A DNA stretch of 64,000 bases, from assembly GCA_964417675.1 (NCBI GenBank), contig CAYQJL010000166.1, positions 2,867-66,866 of the forward strand, given 5' to 3'. The notes below the pieces were generated by a model, which had not been told where the DNA came from, made no database searches, and saw only the letters and a program-made list of their open reading frames with translations. The translations under genes were made by a program, and so were the position numbers. Positions 18,901 through 26,758 of the stretch are shown here, one piece after another; position 1 is the stretch's first letter, and the number at the start of each line of letters is the position of its first letter. Origin of the DNA: an uncultured bacterium (GTDB lineage: Bacteria > Eisenbacteria > RBG-16-71-46 > CAIMUX01 > WJJG01).

Positions 18901-19292
18901 AGTTCGCCGCCGCCGAGAAACAGTGGCTGCAGGCGACCGAGCTCTATCGCGGCGAGCTCTTCGCCGAGAGTCCCTACGAAGAGTTCGCCATCGCCGATCG
19001 GGAGCGCCTGCGCGAGATCCTGCTGCGCACCCTTCTCCACCTGCTCGAGCAGTACGAGCATGGCCGGCGGTGGCCGGAGATGGCCCTGCTCAGCCGGCGC
19101 GCGCTCGAGATCGATCCCTACCAGGAGGAGTCCCATCGCTATCGAGTCCAGGCCCAGCTTGCCCTGGGACATCGCCGGGAGGCGCTGGATGCCTACCACG
19201 AGTACGAGAAGATGATGGTCCGGGAGATGGGGTTGATGCCCACGCAGGCGATGAGGGCCCTGGCCGAACAAATCGTGAACGGGAGAAAATGA
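15918..19292 (+). CDS. MalT-like STAND ATPase + TPR array + C-terminal wHTH/BTAD (SARP-type) transcriptional regulator
   Basis: Walker A TAGAGYGKSSFLA after a MalT-like N-terminus, then long TPR-like helical repeats. The C-terminus reads LHILALGTMEVRAGGHQL...RRLLQLLLIHRFRWVPREVILDTLWPE...NNLWQTMHVLRRTLEP, followed by the BTAD region (ATELYRGELFAESPYEEFA...IDPYQEESHRYRVQAQLALGHRREALDAYHEY). Confidence 0.85.
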   Translation: MTIPVLTAKISIPHVPPGYIGRERLDRLWTRWRERGLWVVTAGAGYGKSSFLAARAQAIDGVCLWYSVDELDHDPAVFLAHLNAALGTSRSPAAPGGSDLAEPRALQRMLAVLAHALQGPAAPALLVFDDLHLLPSDSPTWRFLERFLAYVPPACQVVLASREPIAIATARRQVHGKAVRLTAADLAFREAELRAFFAARFGSDSLSPALARRILARTEGWAAGIEVLFQALEGTSREAIAEALDRLGEQGGRWFEYFAEEVLQRLDDRMQDFLMRSSIFPRLDPGVCNQVLGLHTSQIWLRRAAEQNIFTFALESPGAGYRYHHLFRRFLQSRLHATLSPRALRALYRKAARALMKSGAWAEAAACWAEAGDHPALLRLLERQGVALLAAGQHQVLVRALDSLPPRRLSQSPAALMIMGRIADIRGEWPEAEKCYRRALRTCDRPARTAELKDLLAHLLLRQGKYGACLKLSRQLLAELGRRKPVLRAQLMTHMGLAHSETGRLEEGERCFQEAERLFRQQGHRPGQGRVLYLLAANIHYRRGEFRRARHASRKAILIFRKIHDPRRLCLSLGVLGFITASTGALREARALTQRALRLAEGLEYQVLVGYCHHTFGLCDLLEDDLAGARGHFSQAHTIADSLGDPALRILPRLGLAECALRAAQPTRAEPVCREGLAIAQAMGDPLGEARARMLLGEILWETRPRSARAQWVQADALLDRMGAAFDRNRLLLTRLAHGAVAASQEPARLAELIENVTVQEHEFLLTRVASPAAARVLPRALRHGIQPDRVAALLVQLGPPVLPGLEACIDAEPRASDQIGQRLVEVLSQIPGDEARRLLTSLAARGRSDQDTAALEAIRELERPPAPPLHILALGTMEVRAGGHQLGHAAWRSARARRLLQLLLIHRFRWVPREVILDTLWPEAEPEKGANNLWQTMHVLRRTLEPGLREARQSAYLRARGEACRLAPGEGYTYDVEQFERAAAGGERLWQQGKFAAAEKQWLQATELYRGELFAESPYEEFAIADRERLREILLRTLLHLLEQYEHGRRWPEMALLSRRALEIDPYQEESHRYRVQAQLALGHRREALDAYHEYEKMMVREMGLMPTQAMRALAEQIVNGRK

Positions 19293-19334
19293 GCCGGGCC
19301 GCCCCCAGCTTCCAACCGTGGGGCGACCCGGCGA

Positions 19335-19556
19335 TCACGACCTGCTTTCGTCTTCCTCCTCCACGGCGTGTTCCTCGAGCAGGCCCCCATCCTCCCGGGA
19401 TCCGACCACGCCATTGAGCACCCGCATCTCATCGAAGAAGGCGATCAATTCGGGGTAGCTGCCGAATGTGGTTTCCTCGCCGCTGGCCACATGCCGCACG
19501 CGCCCCCGGAAGGCGTCCCGCATCTCCTTGACAAAGCGCACCACGAAGGTGGTCAT
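19335..19556 (-). CDS. 73-aa hypothetical protein co-directional with the giant repeat-protein gene
   Basis: ORF MTTFVVRFVKEMRDAFRGRVRHVASGEETTFGSYPELIAFFDEMRVL... with an acidic tail. It lies 34 bp downstream of the 19591-23286 gene. Confidence 0.5.
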   Translation of the reverse strand: MTTFVVRFVKEMRDAFRGRVRHVASGEETTFGSYPELIAFFDEMRVLNGVVGSREDGGLLEEHAVEEEDESRS

Positions 19557-19590
19557 GAGTGCCCCTCGCTTTCCGGCCGCGACCTACCGA

Positions 19591-22500
19591 TCATCGAACC
19601 AGCAGGAGGCGCGCGCACGCTTCGCGGCGCAGGCCGCCTTGCGCCGTCACCCGGGCGCGCGCGAAGTAGACGCCGCTGGCCATCGGCCGGCCGTCGGCGC
19701 CGCGGCCATCCCAGTGGTAACGATGCATGCCGGCCGGGGTCTGGCCCGCGGCAAGCGTCGCAATCCGGCGCCCGCCCATGTCGTAGACACACAGATCCAC
19801 GGCCGCCGCGTCCGGCAAGGCCATTCTCAGATCCGCGCCCGCCGGGCGGACCTGAGCGGTGAGGCCGAACTCCCGCGGGGTGACACCCGGGAAGCCGTCA
19901 CCCGGGAAGCCGTCACCCGGGACGGCGTCTCCGGGGTCGTGCTGCTGCTCACTGTCGGAGTCGCCGATGCCGCTCACATCCCCATACAGAACCACCGTCA
20001 CGTGCGTGTCGTGGTAGTCGACTTCGTACTGCAGCCCGATGCCCGGAGATCCGAACTGAACGTCGAAGACGCCGGCGCGGGACGCGCAACTCAACACCTG
20101 GAAGGTGTCGCCGGCCACCGGTGTGAAGCCGTCCAGAACACGGATCCAGATCGTCCCGGCCAGTTCGGCCGCGCCGTTGACCTGGAGGTGGTCGTACTGA
20201 CCTGTTTGACGGCCGTCGAGCTCGCAGTACAAGACGCCCTCCGCGGTCTGGCTGTACGCGCCGTCGATGGTCAGCCGTCCGGCCGAGCCGCCGGGATTGA
20301 CGCGTCCGCTGCTGTGCACATCGGCCAGCACGTGGCCTGATCCCGTGAGGGTGCCGCCCTCGATCAGAAGCGGCTCGCCGGCGAGCGGCCACAGCAGGCC
20401 GTCGACCTCGGTCCAGCCGCGGCCGTCATAGGCGTGGCCGGCCGGGTTGCAGCCGGCCTGGGTGTAGGCTCCGTTGACCAGCAGTGAGCAGGCCGCCCCG
20501 ACGGTCACGCGGCCCTCATTGTGCAACCCGCCGAGGGTCGCGAAGCTCCGGCCGCCCGCGAGGCGGAACTGGCCTACAGAGTCGACCTGGGCCAGGTTCA
20601 GGAGCGCGTCGGTCGCGCCCTCGTCCCGGTAGATCATCGACCCCGGGCCATCGAGCAAGACAGCGGCGTCCAAGCGATGCACGTCGGCGCCGATCAGGTA
20701 GAGGGAGCTGCCCTCGTGGGCGTGCCAGTGGCCGCGGTAGAGAACCTGGGATCCATAGTTCTGCGTCATATTCGCGATGCGTGCGATGGCGCTGTCCTGG
20801 GCGGCGACCCAGCCATCGTTGTGGAACGAACTATGGGTGACGTTGAGCAGACGACCGGGCTGATCGGCCAGAATCCAGCCTTGATTTTGCACCGGGGCGC
20901 TGATTTGTCCGGTGCCCTGGATCGTGTGGCCCGCTTGATGGTGAAGAACGGAGTAGTAATCGCTAATGGCCGCGTCCTGCAGGTCATCCCCGGCGCACAG
21001 CACGACGCGTCCGCTGCCACGCAGATAGGTATTGCCGGCCCTCATCTGAACAGCGCTGTTTCCCGGTCCGGACAGGGGATTGACAACGATGGTTCCGTCA
21101 TTGCGGCAATCGGCCTCGAGCGCGAGGAGCTGCCCTTCCAGGACCACGATGTCGGCATCGCAATTCACGTTGCGCAGGGTGGCTGTGCCGCGGCACTCGA
21201 AGGTGCCGCCATTGGAGGAGCGGAGCTGTCCGCCGGCGATGCGGGCCGAGCTTGCGAGGCCGACCGTTCCATTGTCGGCCAGGATGAGTCCGCCGGCACT
21301 CTGGTTGACAGCGCTCGACCCCAGGATGAGCTCTCCGCCGTCGAGGGCTTGCATGATGGCGTCGTTCTGTTTCTCGTAGCTCTCGAGCCAGAGCGGATCC
21401 CCGGGACGGTCGGCACAGACCAGGCCCAGGTTGGTGAGCGGGATCTGAAGCACACCACCTCCTCGAATGGTGTGCTCCTCTCCTTGGGTGACCTGGGTGT
21501 AGTAGGTCGTCAGGCGGGTGTCATGGGGACTGCCGTTGGTCTGCATGCGCAGGGTGCCGGTTCCGGTGAGCAGGACATGGCCATCGATGAACCGCAGGGA
21601 GCAGTCCGAATCACCCTGGTCGGCGTTGAGCAGGATGTCGCCATCGTTGGTGAGACTGGTGCTGATGTCGATACTCGAGTTGCTGGGAGTGCGGATATCG
21701 GCGCTCGAGCTCACGCTTGTCAGGCGCGCCCCGTGACCCTGGATGCGAATCCAGCCTTGGTTGGCGCTCTCGAGCTGGCCGCCGGTGACAGCCGCGTTCG
21801 CCGCCAGGGTGACGACTGCGCCGTCGGCGCGAATCACCCCCCCGGCGCTCTGGGTGATCGCGCCTGCGTTGATGACCAGTTCCCCGTCGGCGGTCGCCTC
21901 GAAGACCGCATGGTTGGTCTTGCCGGAGCCGTCCAGGTGCAGGGGGTCGCCGGCGCGCTGGGCCCGGATCGTCCCGTGGTTGACCAGGTTGCAGTAGATC
22001 GTTCCCCCGCCCTGAATGGTGTGGCCGGCGCCCTGGGTCGCAGTCGTGTAGTAGTCGGTCAGGCAGGCATCGTCACGGCTGCCGGCGGTCCGCAGATGGA
22101 TCGTGCCGGTGCCCTCCAGGGCCACGGCGCCTCCGATGAAGCGCAGATAGGTGTTGCCCTCATCCCCGGCGTGGTTGATGTAGATGTCGCCGTGGTTGGT
22201 GAGGCTGGTCTGTAGATCCGCTCCGGATGGGCCGGAGGCGCGCATGTCCCCGAGCTGTGTCACGTTGGTGAGGACGGCCCCCTGTCCCAGGATCTCGATG
22301 TGGCCTCCCGCGACCGTTTCGAGCCGGCCGCCGGTGACCCGGGCGCTGGAATTCAGGACAACCTCGGCGTTGTCGGCCCGGATGACCCCGCCGGCGTCCT
22401 GGGACGTCGTGCCCGATCCGATGACCAGTTGGCCCCCGTCGACCGCCTCGAGGACTCCGTAGTTGTTTCGCTCCAGGTTGTACAGGGTGAGCGGATCGCC

Positions 22501-23286
22501 CGGTCTGTCCGCCCGGATCGTCCCGTAGTTGTGCAGATTGGCGGTGATGGTGCCCCCGCCCCGGATCGTGTGCCCGTTGCCGTGGGTGAAAGTGGAGTAA
22601 TAGGTCTCGATTCGGGCCGCGCTCGCCACACCATCGGTCTGCATGAGCAGCTCGCCGCTTCCGGTGATCTGCGCGCTGTTGAACACGGTGATGACGGTCC
22701 CGTTCGGGCCCGAGAGCGGATTGAGACTCAGGAGGCCGTGGTTCTCGAATGAGGTCCCGGCCAGTGACAGATTGGTGCCATCGAGCAGATCCCAGGTGCC
22801 GGATGCCTGGTTCGCGACGGAGCCGGTGATCGTACTCCCGGCCAGGTCCACCAGGACCGTGCCGTGATTCGTGAAACCCTCCGGTTGCAGGCATTGCAGG
22901 CTGCGCCCCGAGAGGCTCAGCGATCCCAGGGGGTTGAGCAGCCGGATCGCATCCAGGCCGATGCTTGTTCCCAGGGTGATCAGATAGCCGTTGCCGTCAT
23001 CCGGGATGAGCGCGATTTCGCCGCTCGCATTGGGGACATTTTGCGGATCCCAGTTCGCGGCCGTCTGCCAGCTGCCGCCGGCCGGATTGACCCAGGTGAT
23101 CTCCTGGGCGCCGGCCGCGCCCAGTCCGGGCGCCCATCCGCCGCCCAGGGCCAACGTGAGGCTCACGGCCAGCAGCCACGGCGCCGGCCCGGTCCGTCTT
23201 GCTTCGGTTCCCATGGGAAGCGGGCCGCTCGCCGCGCTCGGGGCGGCGCTCGCGGCGCTGTCGCGCCGATGCGTTCTGATAGACAT
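19591..23286 (-). CDS. 1231-aa secreted beta-helix-type repeat protein with FlgD/T9SS-type C-terminal domain
   Basis: AAGGAGGG sits upstream of ATG 23286. Signal-like N-terminus. Four copies of a module of about 183 aa, marked by (T/D)YY..T.G.GHTI.GGG and ..GTIRA.R.GDPL. C-terminus ...HRYHWDGRGADGRPMASGVYFARARV...LLLVR. Confidence 0.85.
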   Translation of the reverse strand: MSIRTHRRDSAASAAPSAASGPLPMGTEARRTGPAPWLLAVSLTLALGGGWAPGLGAAGAQEITWVNPAGGSWQTAANWDPQNVPNASGEIALIPDDGNGYLITLGTSIGLDAIRLLNPLGSLSLSGRSLQCLQPEGFTNHGTVLVDLAGSTITGSVANQASGTWDLLDGTNLSLAGTSFENHGLLSLNPLSGPNGTVITVFNSAQITGSGELLMQTDGVASAARIETYYSTFTHGNGHTIRGGGTITANLHNYGTIRADRPGDPLTLYNLERNNYGVLEAVDGGQLVIGSGTTSQDAGGVIRADNAEVVLNSSARVTGGRLETVAGGHIEILGQGAVLTNVTQLGDMRASGPSGADLQTSLTNHGDIYINHAGDEGNTYLRFIGGAVALEGTGTIHLRTAGSRDDACLTDYYTTATQGAGHTIQGGGTIYCNLVNHGTIRAQRAGDPLHLDGSGKTNHAVFEATADGELVINAGAITQSAGGVIRADGAVVTLAANAAVTGGQLESANQGWIRIQGHGARLTSVSSSADIRTPSNSSIDISTSLTNDGDILLNADQGDSDCSLRFIDGHVLLTGTGTLRMQTNGSPHDTRLTTYYTQVTQGEEHTIRGGGVLQIPLTNLGLVCADRPGDPLWLESYEKQNDAIMQALDGGELILGSSAVNQSAGGLILADNGTVGLASSARIAGGQLRSSNGGTFECRGTATLRNVNCDADIVVLEGQLLALEADCRNDGTIVVNPLSGPGNSAVQMRAGNTYLRGSGRVVLCAGDDLQDAAISDYYSVLHHQAGHTIQGTGQISAPVQNQGWILADQPGRLLNVTHSSFHNDGWVAAQDSAIARIANMTQNYGSQVLYRGHWHAHEGSSLYLIGADVHRLDAAVLLDGPGSMIYRDEGATDALLNLAQVDSVGQFRLAGGRSFATLGGLHNEGRVTVGAACSLLVNGAYTQAGCNPAGHAYDGRGWTEVDGLLWPLAGEPLLIEGGTLTGSGHVLADVHSSGRVNPGGSAGRLTIDGAYSQTAEGVLYCELDGRQTGQYDHLQVNGAAELAGTIWIRVLDGFTPVAGDTFQVLSCASRAGVFDVQFGSPGIGLQYEVDYHDTHVTVVLYGDVSGIGDSDSEQQHDPGDAVPGDGFPGDGFPGVTPREFGLTAQVRPAGADLRMALPDAAAVDLCVYDMGGRRIATLAAGQTPAGMHRYHWDGRGADGRPMASGVYFARARVTAQGGLRREACARLLLVR
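19884..19928. repeat. 3 x 15-bp tandem repeat inside the giant gene (encodes PGDGFPGDGFPG)
   Basis: cacccgggaagccgt x2, then cacccgggacggcgt. Confidence 0.9.
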
Positions 23287-23348
23287 CTGTATGCCCTCCT
23301 TGATCGAGGTTCCACGGTGGGTTGTCGTGCGCAGAGTATCCCGGCCGC

Positions 23349-23368
23349 CTTACGCGCCCCTTACGCGC
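23349..23368 (-). promoter_or_regulatory. two perfect direct repeats (minus strand GCGCGTAAG) with 11-bp phasing, upstream of a GATACT -10-like hexamer
   Basis: Plus strand has cttacgcgc at 23349-23357 and 23360-23368. GATACT (minus strand) is at 23340-23335, 8 bp from the proximal repeat, about 50 nt upstream of ATG 23286. Confidence 0.35.
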
Positions 23369-23496
23369 GCCGGGGAGTGGCTCCCGGCGGAGCAGACCGC
23401 CGATGGGGTGGCAAAGGTCGTGGAGGGGCGGTCGGATTCGCGTCCCGAAGTGCGGGAGTGCTGACCGATTGGAGTCGCTTCCACAACAGCCGGGCA

Positions 23497-23505
23497 TGGT
23501 ACAAT
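23497..23505 (+). promoter_or_regulatory. extended -10-like element TGGTACAAT upstream of the S8 protease gene
   Basis: TGGTACAATC lies about 70 nt upstream of ATG 23573. The identical 10-mer recurs at 60910 upstream of the endonuclease gene. Confidence 0.3.
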
Positions 23506-23572
23506 CAACCCATCGGCCGGCGCCGGATGGGCGCCCGGTCTGTTCGTTCTCGCGGCGATGGAGGGAACTGGA

Positions 23573-25381
23573 ATGTCTCGATCGGCTCTTCTCTTGATCC
23601 TCCTTGGCTGGATACCGGCGGCGCCGGTCCTGGCCCTGGATACCACGACCCGGATGGTTTCGCCGGTGATGGAGTGGGGGGCGGCCGACCTGGAGCGCTT
23701 CGACGAGGCCTGGATCTATGTGAAGTTTGTCGAAGGCGCCAATGTCATCGCCGCGCAGGGACGATTCCTGGACGCTCCGCCCGCCGGCGCAGCCACCCTG
23801 GACATGGGCCGGGTCAATCAGTGCCTGGCAGCCGAAGCCGTCACCGAGATGGAACCGACCTTCGATCATGACCGGACGCGACTGCGCGAGTGGAAGGCCC
23901 GCGGGGAGATGCGCGCCGGGGTCGTGGGGCCCGATCTCTCGCTGTGGTTCAACGTCCGCGTCGACGGCGGCCACGCGGCGGTCGCCCGGCTCGTCAATGC
24001 GCTCAACGCCTGCCCCGAGGTGGAGATCGCCCATCCGGCGGCGATTCCCGAAACGGCCGGGTTCTTCACGGCGGGGGAGGCGACAGCTCCCGCTCCGGCC
24101 GCGGGCGAGCGGCTCCCGACGCCCGACTTCTCCGGTCAGCAAGGATATCTCTACGCGACGCCCAACGGGCTGGATGCGCCCTCGGTCTGGGCGGTGCCGG
24201 GCGGCAAGGGGGCCGGCGTGAAGTTCCTGGATGTGGAACTCTGCTGGACACTCGACCACGAGGACTTCGACGCGGGGGGGCCGTTCTACGTCGGCGGCGC
24301 CACGATGGACCCAGGCTACGAGTATCACGGCACCCCGGTGCTGGGAGAGGTGATCGGCCAGCACAACGGGTATGGCGTCAACGGCTTCGCTCCCGATGTG
24401 CAGTTTGGGGTCGTGGCGGTCACGGTGGCCGAGTGGCCCAACGTGCCGCACTACTTCCAGGAGGCGGTCGACCAGCTCGACGCGGGGGATCTGTGGCTCA
24501 TCGAGCTGCAGATGTATCCGGCCGGGTTCGGCGCGACCCCGATGGAGTGGATGCAGGTCAACTATGACGTGATCTGGACCAGTTCATGGAGCCTGGGCAT
24601 CATCTGTATCGAGGCCGGCGCCAACGGCGGCCAGGATCTGGACGATCCGGCCTGGGGCGGCGTGTTCGACCGTACCCTGCGCGACTCGGGCGCCATCATG
24701 GTGGCCGCGGGTCGTCCCAACAGCCTGACGGCGGAGTCCTTCACCAACTACGGAAGCCGCCTGGATCTGCATGCCTGGGGATCCTCGATCGTCTCGACCG
24801 GCGGCGGCGACCTCTACAACGGCGGCACGCTGCAGACGCGCTACACCGCCACCTTCGGCGGCACCTCGGGGGCCTCCCCGATGATCGCCGGATCGGTGGC
24901 GGCCCTCCAGGGCGTCGTCAAGGCCCATCACCCGGAGCCGTACAGCCCGCTGGAGATGCGCACATTGTTGCGTGACACCGGAACCCCGCATGTCGATCCG
25001 TACAGGGAGATCGGTCCGCGTCCGGATCTCGGCGCCGCCGTGGCGCAGATTTCGCTGTTCTCGGCGATCGACTCCCGGCCGGCAACGACCGCGGCGCCGC
25101 GCCTGTTGGCCGCGAACCCCTATCGCCCACACGGCCAGATTCGCCTCTTGCTGCCGGTTGGGCAGGAAGCGGCCGGAACCGGCCGGACGGAATTGGCTGT
25201 CTTCGACCTGGCCGGCCGGCGCATCCGGACCCTCCACGCCGCCCCGCTGGCGGGGCATGACATCAGCGTGTCGTGGGACGGCGTCGATGCAACCGGCTGG
25301 CGGGTGACCGAGGGCGTGTACTTCCTCCGCCTGGCCGCGCAAGGGGTTCGGGCGGATCATCGCATCCTGTTGGTTCGCTGA
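23573..25381 (+). CDS. secreted subtilisin-like serine protease (S8) with FlgD/T9SS-type C-terminal domain
   Basis: GGAGGG lies 7 nt upstream of ATG 23573. Signal peptide MSRSALLLILLGWIPAAPVLA. Triad contexts VKFLDVE, HGTPVLGEV, GGTSGASPMIAGSVAAL. C-terminus ...VSWDGVDATGWRVTEGVYFLRLAAQGVRADHRILLVR. Confidence 0.88.
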   Translation: MSRSALLLILLGWIPAAPVLALDTTTRMVSPVMEWGAADLERFDEAWIYVKFVEGANVIAAQGRFLDAPPAGAATLDMGRVNQCLAAEAVTEMEPTFDHDRTRLREWKARGEMRAGVVGPDLSLWFNVRVDGGHAAVARLVNALNACPEVEIAHPAAIPETAGFFTAGEATAPAPAAGERLPTPDFSGQQGYLYATPNGLDAPSVWAVPGGKGAGVKFLDVELCWTLDHEDFDAGGPFYVGGATMDPGYEYHGTPVLGEVIGQHNGYGVNGFAPDVQFGVVAVTVAEWPNVPHYFQEAVDQLDAGDLWLIELQMYPAGFGATPMEWMQVNYDVIWTSSWSLGIICIEAGANGGQDLDDPAWGGVFDRTLRDSGAIMVAAGRPNSLTAESFTNYGSRLDLHAWGSSIVSTGGGDLYNGGTLQTRYTATFGGTSGASPMIAGSVAALQGVVKAHHPEPYSPLEMRTLLRDTGTPHVDPYREIGPRPDLGAAVAQISLFSAIDSRPATTAAPRLLAANPYRPHGQIRLLLPVGQEAAGTGRTELAVFDLAGRRIRTLHAAPLAGHDISVSWDGVDATGWRVTEGVYFLRLAAQGVRADHRILLVR

Positions 25382-25617
25382 TCGCCGTGCCCGCCCCTCA
25401 GAAGCGATACGATAGCGGCTGACTGAAGTGGCCTGCTGTGCTAGGCTTCAGCCGTTAACGACACGATACGCTGCGGGCGTGATCGCCGCCATTTTGGCAT
25501 CTGTCACTGGAGGACGCATTCAGGCGTTCTTGGCTGTTCCCTCTGGCGCTGACCTACGCTGTCTACGCGCGTCTTGGCGACGCACCGGTATCGAGTGGTC
25601 TGTAGCTGGAGGGAGAG

Positions 25618-26727
25618 ATGCTCCGCTTACCTGCACTAAGAATCGGCCCCATTGAATCACGCCTGCCCATCATACAGGGCGGCATGGGTGTCGGCGTTTC
25701 CCTCTCGCGTTTGGCCGCCAGCGTGGCCAACGAAGGCGGCATCGGCGTGATTGCCACGGCGGGCATCGGCCTGTTGGATCCGAACGCGAAGTTGGACTTG
25801 CGCAGCGCGGATGTTCGCGTCCTGGAGGAGGAAATCCACGCGGCGCGCGAACAGACGACCGGGCCGATCGGTGTCAATGTGATGCTGGCCGCCAGCGACT
25901 TCGATCAGTTGATGCTCACTTCGGTGCAGGCCGGAGTCGATGTCATTTTCATGGGCGCCGGACTGCCGCTGAAGGTTCCGGCCACCCTTACGCCGGAACG
26001 AATGCGTGAGTGCCACACCCAGTTCGTGCCGAAAATCTCCTCGGCGCGGGCAGCCCGGCTGATTCTCAAGTACTGGAGCCAGCAGTACGGGATCGTTCCG
26101 GCGGCCTTCGTCGTGGAAGGGCCCATGGCCGGGGGGCATTTGGGGTTCAGGCGCGAGCAGATCAACGACCCGCAGTATGCCCTCGAGAAGCTGGTGCCGG
26201 AGGTGGTGGCGGCCGTGGCCCCCTACCGGGAGTCGTGTGGACGGGACATTCCGATCATCGCGGCCGGCGGGGTGTTCACCGGTGAAGACATCCATACGTT
26301 TCTGGAACTGGGGGCGGCGGGCGTCAAAATGGGCACTCGGTTTGTTGGCACCCATGAATGCGATGCTCATCAGAACTTCAAGCTCGCCTATGTCCACTGC
26401 AAGAAAGAGGACATCGTCATCATCGAAAGCCCGGTTGGGCTGCTCGGCCGGGCCATCACCAACGACTTCCTCGCCGAGGTTGCCAAGGGGGCGAAAATCC
26501 CGTTTCATTGCCCCTGGCATTGTCTGAAGCCCTGCGACGTCAAGCGCGCGCCCTACTGCATTGCCCAGGCGCTGAAGTCCGCCCGGCTCGGCGATTTCGT
26601 AGGTGGATTCGCGTTCGCGGGCAGCAATGCCTTTCGGGTGGCCGAGCTGGTCTCGGTGAAGTCATTGATGAACACACTGGTACAGGAGTTCGAAGCGGCC
26701 GTCCGCGCGCATGCGGTGGCAGTCTGA
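25618..26727 (+). CDS. NAD(P)H-dependent flavin oxidoreductase, nitronate monooxygenase (NPD) family
   Basis: IIQGGMGVGVSLSRLAASVANEGGIGVIA...VVEGPMAGGHLG...IIAAGGVFTGEDI...GAAGVKMGTRF. Confidence 0.85.
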   Translation: MLRLPALRIGPIESRLPIIQGGMGVGVSLSRLAASVANEGGIGVIATAGIGLLDPNAKLDLRSADVRVLEEEIHAAREQTTGPIGVNVMLAASDFDQLMLTSVQAGVDVIFMGAGLPLKVPATLTPERMRECHTQFVPKISSARAARLILKYWSQQYGIVPAAFVVEGPMAGGHLGFRREQINDPQYALEKLVPEVVAAVAPYRESCGRDIPIIAAGGVFTGEDIHTFLELGAAGVKMGTRFVGTHECDAHQNFKLAYVHCKKEDIVIIESPVGLLGRAITNDFLAEVAKGAKIPFHCPWHCLKPCDVKRAPYCIAQALKSARLGDFVGGFAFAGSNAFRVAELVSVKSLMNTLVQEFEAAVRAHAVAV

Positions 26728-26758
26728 TTGCGCGCGGGTCCATCGAGGGAAACCGAGC

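Noticed and set aside
20521-22215. 564-aa plus-strand ORF inside the giant repeat-protein gene (also 22864-23871 and 22997-24451)
   Set aside because: It is antisense to, or overlapping, genes with a strong RBS, signal peptide and repeat or protease motifs. It has no independent support.
25400-25440. Imperfect hairpin cggctga(ctg)aag...cttcagccg after the S8 protease gene, considered as a terminator
   Set aside because: The stem is interrupted and there is no downstream T-tract. It is too weak to call.
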